From: Trichoplax adhaerens
Taxonomy: Eukaryota; Animalia; Placozoa
Direction of reading: 5' to 3'
Length of the DNA: 64,000 bases
Assembly: GCF_000150275.1 (NCBI RefSeq)
Contig: NW_002060948.1
Coordinates: 1,263,983-1,327,982 of the forward strand
Below are positions 1-13,900 of this stretch, piece after piece. The notes below the pieces were generated by a model that was not told the origin of the DNA, searched no databases, and saw only the letters and a program-made list of their open reading frames with translations. Each line of letters opens with the position of its first letter. Positions within the stretch are counted from its first letter, which is position 1. The translations under genes and the position numbers were made by a program.

Positions 1-3000
1 GTCATTAAATAATTTATTTAATAATTGAAAATTTTCCAATGCCACATCTGTAAAATGTTATACATAACTACGTCAGATTGACAACTTGTGTTGGTAAGCT
101 TTAATGTGATTGCTATTCATTCAGTGATGATATTGTCAATGCTAATTTGTAAGAATCAGAATATTTCAATAAAGCATACCGATATTAACTGGTAACTCTC
201 CAGCTTTACTTTCATTCCAAAGAACTACAGCTAATAATCCTTGTAGCGCAAATAAATGTAAAATTTTGTTGCGATGTCTTGCTAATACTACATGATCAGC
301 AGCAGTAGCGAAGACTGCGTCATAGATTAATAATGGACGTTCGGAACCCTTTAATGCCTTGTTAGAATTATTATATTCACTTTTAACTACAATAAGTCCA
401 TCAGATGTCAATCGTAAAACCTCGTGCATTAGACCTAAAGCCCTTTTGACATTGCATGAATCGTCTTTTTCACCTAAATATATTGTTTCGATATAGAATC
501 ACAAAATCAATTAGTAAACTTGAAAACTGAATTATTTCATATAAATGAAATTTTGTAGAATATTTTATATCAAACTATGCAATGCCAACAGTATAGCTTT
601 ACCGCCTAAAATTGCAATATCCCCTCTTATCCTAGCAATTTCAGTTCTAAGCCACTGCACTTCGGCAACGGCATCATCTAGAAATTGATAAAGTTGTCAC
701 GGCCATGTTTGTTATTTTGGAGTAATTTCATGGTAGTATAATAATACTGTAACTCGCTTCTTTGCTACGGAAGATCGAAATATTACGGAATATCCCGATC
801 GCGATAAAGGCTTTACTGTACTTTCATATTTTAGTTCTTCACGCATTTTATTACGAATAAATCGAAATTACTTATTTAGATAGCGTACCGAATTGAAGGC
901 CACCATCATGCTGTAGGATGATTGTCGATAATAACGCACAACCAGTTAAAAGCAGGTTTTCTCGCTGACGATCAATCAAGTGATAAGACAATTGCTTAAC
1001 ACAATGACTCTCCGGGTCGGCATCGTTACCATAATGCCTACAAAAATCAAAAGTTATAAATGCTTGAATTATTACATTTATGACAGCAAATTTGCTAAGA
1101 TAATAATTTGATGTTACCTTGGGTGCAATGTATGGATAGATCTATCAATTTCGAATTGTTGGCAATAGTCTCTCATTGAGATAACATGTCCAAAATGAAC
1201 ATGTATTTTACCAAAATTTTCCGATAATATCGTTCTTGCTTTTAACAATCCCTAATATCAACAATTGATGGATAAATATTTAAAACTTAACTGCATGCAA
1301 TTAATAAATCATAATATTGACATTTATTAGTAGTAATAGGTTATCTATTGACTATTTCCTTATCCTAAGCAATAACAATAAAAATTGCGGCACCGATGTT
1401 GATTCCGGTGGTTTGGCAGCGCCCAACAATTCCCTAACCATCAAACTATCGTCGACTACCTTTTCGTAGGTTATACTTATTGGGCAAATTTTGATGTCTG
1501 GTACTTTACATTCAAAATATGATCTTGCCGCCTCTTTTAGTAACCCTATCGGTTCAGTTATACAAATAAATAATGCATAAATATCTAAACAAATGTTACC
1601 CTATATGAAAAAACATGCAAAAGATAAATTGATTAAAATAGATCAACCTCTTTTTGGCGGTAGTGATTTCCCAGTTCTACTTCGGGTCCCTTCTACAAAA
1701 ATTTCTACCGGAAGATCGCCGTAACAAAGAATTGTGGTAAGGTATTCATTGAATATCGTCCAATATAATCGATCTTTTCCCAGAAAGCTTCGGCGCATAA
1801 AAAAGGCTCCACATCTTCGCAATATTATAGAAACACCAGCCATCCGGGAGAAATCTATCAAAAAAATAAGATAACGATATGATATGATATGAACGCTAGT
1901 GCTTAGCCGCCAATAACTTCTTATGCTGTACAGGTAATGATCTTGCTTTAATACTATTTGGTGTATTACCTTGGCCAGCAACAATAGCTGGTATAGGAAC
2001 GCCGCAAGCGCGTAGAACGTATGAAACTAATATGAAGTCGGCATAACTCCGGTGTACAGGCGCTAAAATAACAGGTGAATCCTGCATGACTGCTTTCAAC
2101 TAAATTATAAAAGTGTTGGTAAATTGATAAGAAAAATGTCAATGAACACATTTGATATGAAAACATTTTGGGTATGCGGTAGTAACTTGGCGGTATTACA
2201 ACAATTCATAGAGTTGAATGCACTCTAAGATTAATTTTATAGCTGTCTTATATATCATAAATCCTTCTTTAATATCTTTGCTAGCACGAGACAATTTAGC
2301 TCTACGAGTATTGTCTACTTCAAATACAGTATTGGTTACTTCTTCTACGATGGCTATAAAGAATTTTATTTTTATTAAAATGTAAACGATTATCACATTG
2401 ATATAAAGACATGGAAGTGCTTTAATTTTAATAATGTAGGCCGTTGATATTGAAACTTGATATAATTATTTACTCTATTTATTTTTCAGTATACACACTG
2501 CTTTTTTCTAAATTTTACGTATACATATACTGTATATTGCTGATAATATTGTTACATAATGGGACTGATACCTAAAACTGGTTATTAAGACTTGTTATAA
2601 TTAACTATTAGCAAGTACAAATAATATTTGCCTCTGCGTAACTGCTATGCTACTAATAATTACCTCATTAATACCAGACTTGTTGACCGATATTTCTTCA
2701 ACGATTCGACATATAACCTTTGTCATAAAGACAAGCATAACTCTAGTAGATAATTCTCCTTGCCTATGCTCAATTTCCTGAATATAACTATTCACCGTAG
2801 CTTTGACGTCATCAAGTGATTGGCCAGTTTCTTGTACAATCTAATTAAAGCAAGATGGGATGAAATTAGGCTTGGATAATCAACACCAGATTCTTAGCAG
2901 ACAACTAATGATGCATCCAAAATAATCATGTTGCTATATTATACATCTGTATGATTGTATTGAAGGCCCGATATCATACAGAATGACTGAGCTCATTCCA

Positions 3001-4368
3001 AAAGTATTACATAATCAAGAATTAGCTATTATCATTATTGACAATCAAGGTTAAAAATATCAACATTAGGATTTATCTATGTTTGTCTAATGCTTGTTAT
3101 TAGTGCCTTATTGTTGATATCTCCTGATTACGTGTGAGCCATCCTGTAGTGATCTACTGTACAGTATAATGAAGATAGGACTTGAGCTACTTCTATCGCT
3201 GTGTACGGAATGGCTATCTCGTACTTTTTTTTAAGCTTATGTAGTGCAATGCAGTTACTCGGATACCACAATCTATTTGACACTGTGACCGTAGCAGGTA
3301 GTGACTGTCCTGTCCTATGGTATACCGTCACATCGTGTTTGATTCAGAAAACTACTCGTCCATTACTGGCAAAACCAATTACAGTACTGTTGTATATGAT
3401 TGAAAGAACGATAGGATTATCTAGTTAGAACGTAAGATAGCATACAGTAAAGTAAATTCAACAGTGATAACAATTTTAAAAGTTTGTGTCTTTGTACACT
3501 TTAGTGAAAATTCCAATATTCCAACAGGGTAATCACCAATGAACTGATCAGTAATTGATTAGCATAACTACGTACAGTACTGTCAGTATAACTTATACCA
3601 TACTGAGCGAACGATCTGCTTGCTATACTATTGACTCTGATAACTTGATTAAATAAATGTCCCCCATTCCTATGTAATGTAATGTTATGTTATATAATAT
3701 GTCTACGATATGCCATAACTGATTTAACTCACTCGAACGTGTGCACCGTACATACTATCGATAAGCATGAAGAAATTAGTGCTCATCCTTTCTCCAAAAG
3801 TCGCTTTTAGTACGGTGTAGACAGAATCGTCCAATTCTTTTCCGAGTTCATTACTGATTTGCCACTGTATAATTTTATAATTACCAATATGCCATTGCAA
3901 ATTTAGGTATTTTACTCATTCTTTTCCATACCTATGATACAGTATTACTGTCCATTTGCAGAAAATGTCATTACTGTAAAAAGGCGCAGCAGTATGGAAA
4001 TAGCACAGTGTGACATTGGTCGATCTACTACATAGGCTGAAGATTGGAGAACTAAGGCAGAGTACATACTGAGGAGTGATGATTAAGCAAGAAAGTGATG
4101 TATTACCAATATCAAATCCAAATTACCAACTAATTCAATATTTGGTAACCGATGTATTGACCAATGAATGCAAACTTACACTGTCCATCACAGCTAAAAT
4201 TTTCCTTGATGATAGGATATGATTTCTAATATCTTGTGGGGAAAATAGTTTGGCATGTTCGTAATGAAGATTAGTCGTTTTCGATTTCTTCGGGATGAAT
4301 GGATTGAACGCATTCAAATTCCCAACACCTGGACGAATAACATGACGATCTGATCGATAGTTGGCCAT
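1..4368 (-). CDS. GNPAT: Dihydroxyacetone-phosphate acyltransferase (glycerone-phosphate O-acyltransferase), multi-exon, 3' end beyond the window
   Basis: Spliced exons give acyltransferase motif [19 protein letters not shown] (HxxxxD), motif [11 protein letters not shown], motif [22 protein letters not shown] and PISITYEKV. Approximate exons: 4180-4368, 2663-2840, 1970-2098, 1647-1854, 1395-1545, 1118-1251, 889-1037, 603-678, 179-473, 1-47. The ATG at 4368 directly follows a cag acceptor. GNPAT is preferred over GPAM on motif wording. Confidence 0.85.
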
Positions 4369-4855
4369 CTGCAAACCCAATGGTACTACTAACTATCGTC
4401 CAAAGTAGATGATTAACAAGGGTAAGAAATGAAAAATAGACACGTCTAGAGATTGATAGTCTATCTACATCGATAGATGGTGTAGAATTCTATCCAATAA
4501 TGACGATTTTTGTCGGCCTTATTAACTGAAAATGATGGAAAGAAATTACTTGAATGGCGACTCTTCAGTGTTGGCGTCGCTGATGTTGTGACTCCCACAC
4601 GCGTCAATGTCAAAGTAGTGTGTACTGTACGCCGTGTGTCATAGCTTAAAGGGTGACCCTAGAGTACAGTATGATTACAATGGACTGTACGTGAGTCAAT
4701 GGATAGTGTTACACGATTGCACACGACAATAGTCATGGAGTGACTCCATGTTGGTGACAATGCGCGCGCGTCATTACAGCAGCTACAGCAGTAACGTCGT
4801 ATCGTTGACAGTCCATCCAGAACTGGCACTGCACGCTGCTTAATATTTCCTTCGT

Positions 4856-5173
4856 CATCTTTGGCGAACTGAATTTGTACTTTTTACTTGATACGCATCA
4901 AAATATACACTGAGTGTCTAGTGTATACTAGAGACCCTGCATCCAAAAATGAGTATACACATCTTTGGCGTACTGAACTTGTACTTTTTACTTTATACGC
5001 ATCAAAATATACACTGAGTGTCTAGTGGACACTAGAGACCCTGCATCCAAAAATGAGTATACACATCTTTGGCGTACTGAACTTGTACTTTTTACTTTAT
5101 ACGCATCAAAATATACACTGAGTGTCTAGTGGACACTAGAGACCCTGCATCCAAAAATGAGTACTGTATACAC
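4856..5173. repeat. Tandem repeat, about 104 bp x3
   Basis: The unit catctttggcg.actgaa.ttgtacttttt...ccctgcatccaaaaatgagtataca starts at 4856, 4960 and 5064 with few substitutions. It contains an internal hairpin tctagtg..cactaga. Confidence 0.95.
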
Positions 5174-6112
5174 TGCAATAATGTACTGGTGAACAACACC
5201 GGTGAACTGCGATGTCAAAGTAACGCAGTAAAATATCCCCCTTAGTGCAGCTAGTGCTTACATAAACGCTATTCTGAAATTTACTGTTAATTTCATGCAC
5301 AGTACAGCGATCACTGTTGCTGAACAAAAGAGGTGTTGTCTGTACATAGACACGCCTGCACCCATGTCCACGTGGTCCAGTCTTCATTGAAGAGTTTGAT
5401 CTAGAACAGACTACATTAACATTCAATCCTGTTTCATTGAAGAAACGTGGACCAATCTTCAATCTGATTTCATAAATGAAAATGTATATTGGTTAAAAAT
5501 AAATTTGATTTAGATCGATCGATATAAAACACAACGATTGACTCTATTCCACTACGGGTATACCATATAGCTCGCAAATTCGCTTTGCTAATATCGACAA
5601 TTAATGAGGAGCATTTGTTTCGTCACTAAGTAAACTTGAGCTATAGTATTTTCTAATCAAACCTCCACTGGCTGGTTTTGTTTTTCTCAACTGTTACCGT
5701 TATCGTTAATCCAACTTTACATTCATAGTTAAGCGTGATCCTTTTGCAAAACTCTGCTAGCAATTACGAGTAAAATAGTTGTATTAAGGACTACTACAAA
5801 GCAAGTGCAAAATAGTGAGTGTAATGTGGAGGTTCCTTCGGTCATTCCATTCTACGATACGATATTAATGAAGGCGTATACTGTACCACATATTGGACAA
5901 AAGCAAGCTAGCAGCTAATTTGCAGGAAAATAGGAACCTGCGCATTGAAGGATAAGGTCACAGTTTTCGTCACGTTCAATCCATTTTTTAAATTCAATAT
6001 TTTATTCTTATTTATTTATTATTGTCATTCTTGATGCGTTCCATTGCTCTGTATCACTGCCTACTGTAGTGTACTGAAAAGGGATTACTTTCCTATAACC
6101 TATTTTAATAAA

Positions 6113-6316
6113 AGTATAAATGAAATGTATTGCTATCGGTACTGCATTAGCCCGTTCGTTTTAGTTCTATTTTTTTCCCAGTTAGAGCACTAAGACGAAA
6201 TGAGAACAGTATAAATAAAATGTATTGCTATCGGTACTGCATTAGCCCGTTCGTTTTAGTTCTATTTTCTCCCAGTTAAAGCACTAAGACGAAATGAGAA
6301 CAGTATAAATGAAATG
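6113..6316. repeat. Tandem duplication, about 95 bp x2
   Basis: agtataaat.aaatgtattgctatcggtactgcattagcccgttcgttttagttct...gaaatgagaac starts at about 6113 and 6208, and a third copy begins at 6302. Confidence 0.93.
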
Positions 6317-6630
6317 AACACAGTGTACTGTACATTACAGTACTGTACTGTACTGTACTGTATGTGTGACAGACTGACAGGACAGTATCTAGAGTGTACA
6401 GTGTATAGTGTACAGTACAGAATTGCAAATGAAATAAACACAGTCAGTATGTGTTTAAATGAACACAGTGTACAGTACTGTACATTACAGTACTGTATGT
6501 GTGACAGACTGACGGGACAGTATCTCGCGAGGTGCAGACAGTATCTAGAGTGTACAGTGCACAGTACGGTATTGCAGACCGTCTGCAAGACTGTAACTCA
6601 CGTACTGTACTCAGTGTACTGTACGTGACC
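6311..6630. repeat. TACAGTA/TACTGTA array with an internal ~146 bp-period duplication (GNPAT/RCE1 divergent intergenic region)
   Basis: Runs such as cagtactgtactgtactgtactgta. The segment aaatgaacacagtg...gtgtgacagactgac.ggacagtatct occurs at 6311 and 6457. Confidence 0.9.
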
Positions 6631-7232
6631 AACTATACAGACGGTGTGGACAGAAAGACGACTCACCAATAGATGAATGATATCAAACTAACTGCTCTAT
6701 CAACAATTGTATTCATTCTTTCCTTTCCATCATCAACGAGCTATCATTCCATCCACAGTATTTGAACAAATCTTCTTCTTCTAATTGCAATCTACAGTAA
6801 GTAACTTCAGTAAACAATATGGTTGTTCATTCTTAAAATACATATTAACCAGTCTGGCACATTTGATCGAGATTCATTCAATTCAAATTGTAGGAACCAT
6901 AACAACATGATGGCGACATCATCTGAAGCGTACGATGATTGAATTATACGAATATACTTTATTATTGCTGCTTGTCAGACTACTATTTTGACACACTGCA
7001 AGACTTAATAAGTTACTGCCAATTTGACTTGATGCTGTCATCATTGAATACCTACGTCTAGATACCTCTCTGAAAACGATTGATCTTATCGTGTACGATA
7101 TTACCAGCCTCGAGTTGAGCCTCCGTTCCTTTCTTCACCGATACTTTATCCACTACTTTCACTCATTCCATCGTCTTGAATACAACACATCAACAACATA
7201 AACAACTTCTTACCGGCAGGGTAGTAGTAGTC

Positions 7233-9813
7233 ATGCCAGCACTAATAACTTTCGATCACCTAACTCCTGTTCAAAGCATCATTTCCTGTGCTCTTTTAGC
7301 CGTACTATACGTTTGCAGCTTATACGTTTGGAAAAATAGCACCGACAGGTAAGCTCATATTACCATAATAATTAGAATAGCATTCAGCATACGCACAACA
7401 AACCTTCTGTTGCAGTTAAATCGACCAAATGTATCTTTACAATTTTATATCAATCTTGCATGAATAATTCCTTTTTAAGCTTGCAATTTCAATGAGTAGG
7501 AAAAATACTAATCGTTGGCCAATCGGCCCTGTCTTATAATCTGATTTTCTATCAAGTGTTGCTATGAAATGCATCATTACGTGTAAACAACGTCTTGATC
7601 TTAAGATACTGCAGACAAATCCATAGCGCTAGCGTAACTATGATATATTTATGTTAGACATTGAAACGCTTGAAAATGCATAGCGATAACTTCTTTCTTT
7701 CTTTCTTTCTTCATGTCTAATGATACTATTACAAACGTCATTCAATTTAGAGATGATCCTCGGGTTATCAAGAAAAGGTTTATTAGTGTTCTGATTGTTT
7801 CTATTCTATCACCTATTTATGTTTGGTGGTGGTCAACACCTGCTAAAGATGCCGAGGTAATGCGAGTACGATAATATTTACAGTAGATAAATCCAATTAA
7901 TTCTTTGAAAGACTTAGCAGCTTTGATCAATTCTGAATTCCCTATTATAAAATTGTCCGCTTACCTAATATCCATAATATATTTTATAATTAATAGGGTT
8001 ATACTATAGGGGTTTGGTTGGGATTGCGAATTGATAATATCATTCTTGCAACGATACTTCCTCTATTATTAACTACGGTAACTTTATTAGTCAATCATTT
8101 CTGCTTTATACGTATATCATGATACCATTTTAAATTATAAATTACGCTGTATTAGCATTACTAACGAATAATCTTGTTAAAACGAAAAAGTGGAGTATTA
8201 ATCTTCATGAAATTTGTTCAATTTCTAAATGTAGCTTTTATACAATCCTCTTATCATGAAACAACTATGGAAAATTGAATCTATAAACACAAATGCATAC
8301 TAAAATTTACATGTACTTGTTATTTTAGATTTTATTTCTAGGACCTTTAGCACTAATAATATGCAACGATCCAAGTTCGATCCTATATGGTATTTCATTA
8401 CTATAGATGTGAATGTAGAAATGATGTCAATATCTGAATGAGCCACGCAATAACTATACAATTAATGCTATCCATATTCCATAATAATATCAATTAAAGG
8501 GGTTTATCGTTGAAAACGTTTCTTTGTTATTGAACTAGCTGTCATAGACATACCACATAAAATCTTTGATATATATTGGTTAAGGAGTCATATTATGGTA
8601 TGTTTCTGGCTTATTGGTGTATCTACTATCACACCTCATAATTATGATAAATATGATAATAATGTCTATATGTACATACTAGTGCATATTTTTGTAATAG
8701 TCTCTAGGAATAGGATTTATGCAGTCAATCTCTCTCTTATAGTAGCTAATAATTTCATAATTATTATTCTTAACTATCTTAAATCTATTTACGTACTGCG
8801 CTATATCTATTTATGTCTCATAATCAAATTTATGTATTGCAGGCACCATTTACAGAGGAATTTGTATATCGTGCATGTATGCTGCCGATACTATTTTCTC
8901 AATTCGGATTCACAATGGCAATACTAATTTGCCCATTAATGTTTGGCTTAGGTACGTTATCATTTTATTGAATATCGATTATAATGATATTATGCTTACT
9001 AATAATAGGGATATAAAGTTCTTAATTCTACTCAGTTACATTCTATAATATGTGTAATCGTATTCTATTTATACAGCTCATCTTCATCATTTGATTGAAA
9101 GAATTATAAGGAAAGATAGCTCTCTTAGTAACGCTATTGCTATTACAGGTACGAATAGTACTCATGCTAATCAATATCACAATTAAGGATTACCAAGTAT
9201 TAAATGTCATCTTTAACTATTTTTTTGATAACTACGATCTTAAATATCTCCACAATAATTACAATCTAGTATTTCAATGTGGATTCACCACAGTGTTTGG
9301 CTGGTATACCTCTTTTGTGTTTCTTCGAACTGGTAAATTCATACGAAATCGGATTATGAAATTAATTACGACTCCGATATGTCATTGTATACGCCGTTTG
9401 CGTGAGAATAGTTTTTTCTTTAAATTAAATTATTCATGGTTCTAGAGAGTATTAAAATATTAATAGAATCTTATATTAAAACAGAATTATTCTACTTTTA
9501 ATCTATCATTTTTAGGCCATATAATTGGCCCAATTGTGTGCCATGCATTTTGCAACAGTATGGGATTTCCAACATTTAGCGATATTGACTATTGTAGATA
9601 CCCTAAATGTAAGTTTCAATTACTGGCTGCTAAAGTAACGGTTTTACACATGTGCCTTGAAACTAATATTATTTTAAATTTAATCATTACCATTTTTTAG
9701 TAATTTGGACCGCCTATATTGTTGGTTTAGTAATGTTTGTCATACTTTTATTTCCATTAACTAATCCTGATTACTACCAAAGTCTTTATAGGAATATTGC
9801 TAACAATAAATAG
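7233..9813 (+). CDS. RCE1: CAAX prenyl protease 2 (Ras-converting enzyme 1)
   Basis: Exon 1 (7233-7348) MPALITF...LYVCSLYVWKNSTDR is followed by DDPRVIKKRFISV, APFTEEFVYRACMLP (catalytic EE), [47 protein letters not shown], and stop TAG at 9811-9813. All introns are GT-AG. Confidence 0.95.
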
Positions 9814-10943
9814 CAAAGATTATTTACTAGTAGTAATACGTGTATTCTTGACTTAGTCGCATTTCCGCATAGATTTGTGATATGCGTCTTAACAAAGATG
9901 AAGCTACAACTTTTCGCCATTAAGATAATTGCCACCTATTATACCAGATACTGTACATTAACTTTGGATTTCTTGTACAAGACTAGGTATTTTTAATAAG
10001 TTATGACGAGTAATGCCTATGAAAGGTCTAAATGTATCATTTATATGATCGCTATTAATACTTACATTTACCAAAAAATTGCTCTTAGGCGATCTTATAC
10101 GATATAAAATACGTATATAATTATACATAAGTAATTGCTGTTCTGATTATACATTCGAAGCTTATTAATGCTAATGGCTGTCAGAGTAATCAACTGATTA
10201 CTGATATAATATGTAATTGACTTTAAAAATTTTTTCGATTTGTTTTATATTCCTGTGGAGTACTGTATATGTCGGTGTATATTAGCTGTCAACAATAAAG
10301 ACGCCGTAATTGAAATAGATTAGAATACTTCGATGCCCTTTAGTAATTTTATTCTTCATCTAGTTATATTATTACGTCAGAAAGTCGAAATCATTTATCA
10401 AGAGAGATTAACATTATTTCGTGTTCCATGTTACTTAAAACTGAGATGGATGATTTTAAAAATTCAGTTTATAAGTTATCTGGAAGTCACCAAGTCGACA
10501 GAGCATGTTCAATTAAATTGGTGGTAATAAGTCCTTCCAAAGTGTAGACAACATCATATTATTATATATATATTGTATATGTGATGACCATATGTTGTTC
10601 TTAACTACAATTTTGAGCAAAATTTACAATTTGGGAATATAATAATTTAATTTAAATTGCATGTAAATACTATACATGTTATATACCGATAGATGCCCTA
10701 TCGCTAATCTTAAAAGTTTGCATATATAGCATACTTGTATCGTCATGTATTGCGGAATCATGATTAAAAAATAATAACCGAGTAGAAATTAAAAAAATTC
10801 TAATAAACTATTTGTTATAAGTTAAAGAAGCATATCTCTTTGTATATGAATAATCGGTGATTTTCTTTTAAATTACTTCTCCAAATTGTGTTTGTAAATA
10901 ATAATAATGAAAGTGAGAACTATATCGTCACTATGGACACCAA

Positions 10944-13900
10944 TTAATAGGGAGTCTGTGCACGTTGACCAGCACGATAGGCATTACTTAATGCAGTATT
11001 CCAGCTAAGATTGCGAGCATTATAAGTATTAGTTTGTTTTAATAATTGTTCAATTCGTGCTATAATTTCATAATCCGGTATTGGTAACGTAGAAACTTCT
11101 AAGCCGAGTAGCCGAGCTAACGTCTGGCGAAATTCTAGTAACTAAAAGTTATGAAAATGAAACAAGGTTAGTTAGTATAAAGAGCTTATGAATATATTTG
11201 TAATAATACAAGCTAAGGAGTAGTATAAACTTCCAGTCTGAATCTAATAGTAATATTTAGAAAGACATGAAAATTCTATAGCGACAGTTGCAATGAAATT
11301 TAATAGCTACCTGATTTTCTCGAGCTCTCATAATTTCCATTTCTTGCTTGATTTTACGTAAATCCTTTTGAAGTTGTGCTGCAATACCTTCAGTTAATTC
11401 TTTGTCATCTTTATGAAATGTACCTTGCAAATCTATTTCATTTTTCAACGACGAAAATTTCTTAGTTGCTCTAGCTTTAGCTTTACTTAATCTGTCAATG
11501 GTTGTCTCCAAATCCAATATTGTCTTACTTTGCTCCACAACTTTAGACTGAATTAGTTAATAATAGAAATTGATATTTACTGTGAGGTAGTAAATTTATT
11601 ACTTACAACGTTCAGATAAATTTCACAACAACGAGTGAATATATCTTAATTTTTGTTTAAGTTACCTTCAAATCTGATGATGAAAGAAGCCTAGATTTTA
11701 ACTCCAAAATAATTTGTTTCTGATCTTGTATCTGTCTTTTTAGCCTTCTATTTTCGCCATGTGAATCACGAAGCTATTATTATAATGATAAATGACATGG
11801 TATCGATTAATCTCAAGAATAAATACAATATTACACCACAAAATAACTTTATTCGTTGAAGGAAATAATGATTACACATACTCTTTCCATGGTGTGCTCC
11901 TTTTCAGCTTCTATATGTTGCTGGCCAGATGCTTTTTCCCTGACAGTTGAAAGTTTTTTCTTCATTATGTCAATCTGAAGCTCTTTACTTTCTAGCTGCT
12001 GCTTTAAAGTTTTAATTTTTCGCAGTTGATTCTGTAAGGTCACTTTTCTATCGCCAAGTGATAGCAGCTAAGCAAAAGTAGACATTGAAATCCAACATTG
12101 TTAATATTTATGATAGGTATTCTGCTAGAGCAATTATTAAATATCTCTATAAAATAAAGGATTTCATGAGATAAAAATTAAGCAAAGAAGACTGATTATT
12201 AATAACGTACAACTAACACCTTTTTTAAGTCGTTTAGGAATTTAATTCACAAACATGATTGCCTTCTTAACATCATATTTGGTTAATACTCATTACCTCT
12301 TTGTTAACCAATTGTTCAACACGAGATAGGAGAGCATCTTCATCATCGAAAGCGACTTCTTCGGTAAATTCACTCAAGTTGATTACAGACGCTAATTTCC
12401 TACAGAAATTCCTATACTGTTTATCCATGATATAAAAAATTTTAGTTATTTTTTAACCTACGTAAAAATGAATCTTTTTCTAGACTCTACAAACTAAATG
12501 TAGAAGTGAATTGGTTTTCTTCATGTACATTATGCAGCAACAAATATATAAAACTTAACCTATCATTAATCGAAAATTGCTAACGCATAATAGATGCATT
12601 GGAAGTAGTAAATATCTAGAAGCTAGCTTCCTAACCTTAACTTTCTCGTCTTTTAGTGTAGATTTAACAGTATCTGTTGCCAGTAATTCACTTTCTAGGT
12701 TGCCCATTCGATCACCGTAATCTTTCAATTGATCTTCAGCTTCTGCCGCTCGTTGTAAGGCAGAGTGTTGTAATTCACATTGTTTTTCGAGCTGATCGCT
12801 CAAAGTTTTGACTTTCTCTTCCAATTCTTCTGAGTACTGTAATGTTATATTTAATAAATTGTTTTTTAAAACAAGCATTATGCAATTTCAGAATATGAAA
12901 TTAAAGCATTAAGACGCACTGGCGTAATTTTAGGGTAGGATTAATCTTACCTCTGACAATTCGCGGTATTTCTTTAAGATAGCACGTAATTTTTCGCGAA
13001 CAATATCTTCATCTTCATCATCTATTACGTCATCACCTAGCAATCTATAAATTTCTTTTCGTAAGCCCAAAACCTATAAATTAAAAAGGCCAATTAGAAA
13101 TAGGCTAAAAACTGGTACGGGTTTTAAAAAAATATAAGGATGCATACTTGGCCTCTAGAGAGATCATTTGCTCGCAGTGCTGCATCTAATGATGCAATTC
13201 TGGCATCTTTCTTTTCCAGCTCCCTTTCTGCGGCACGAAGAGCTGTAGATGCTGCTTCTAGACGGTCTTTCAGTTGTTTACTTTCTAGCTCTAATCCATC
13301 CTTGATTAAAGATAGCGAACTATAACGACTTTCAAATTCTTCTAAACGATGATTTATTTTACTGGAAGTCTTTTGTTCGCGACCAACTTCGGAAACAAGG
13401 CGCATGATCGTTTCCCTAATTATTAACAATATTATTGTTATTCTTTAATGTCGCGATCTCGATACATTTAGCAACATAAAATTTTTAAATTATTGAATAA
13501 TATCGTAATTGCAGATACTAAAATTTTCCTTCATACCTGCTAGCCTTTGATTCGAGATCCATGCTCTCTATACTTCGCGATAAGACATCTGCTTTCTCAT
13601 GATAGAGATCTCTTTCTTGTAAAACTTCTTCAATCTGTGCCATAACAAAATTTAGAAAAATGATCAAAAATTGCCATTCTATCTACATATTATACTTGAA
13701 AGAGAGTAATTACCAGTAGATCTCATCTATGTTATGTTTTGTAAAATAGATACTTACACGGACAGCGATATCTTCAGCAGAGCAAGCTAACAGAGAAGAA
13801 GAATCGATTCCAAGGTATCTACTTGCTCTCTTACCAATTTCTTGCAACTTTTTAGATTAATATAAGAGCCGAAGATTAGTATATTCATAAAGCACTATAA

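Noticed and set aside
2196-2396. Extra GNPAT exon ([14 protein letters not shown]...)
   Set aside because: It has an acceptor-like site but the wrong phase and no clear donor. The flanking exons join in frame without it.
4856-5173. CRISPR-like array
   Set aside because: Whole units repeat with no unique spacers, there are no cas genes, and the context is eukaryotic.
6262-6632. ORFs rich in Y/C/T/V/Q/S (also 16611-17469, 17764-17961, 33714-34433, 35120-35362, 60595-60837)
   Set aside because: These are translations of the TACWGTA arrays, which lack stop codons on both strands. There is no evidence they are proteins.
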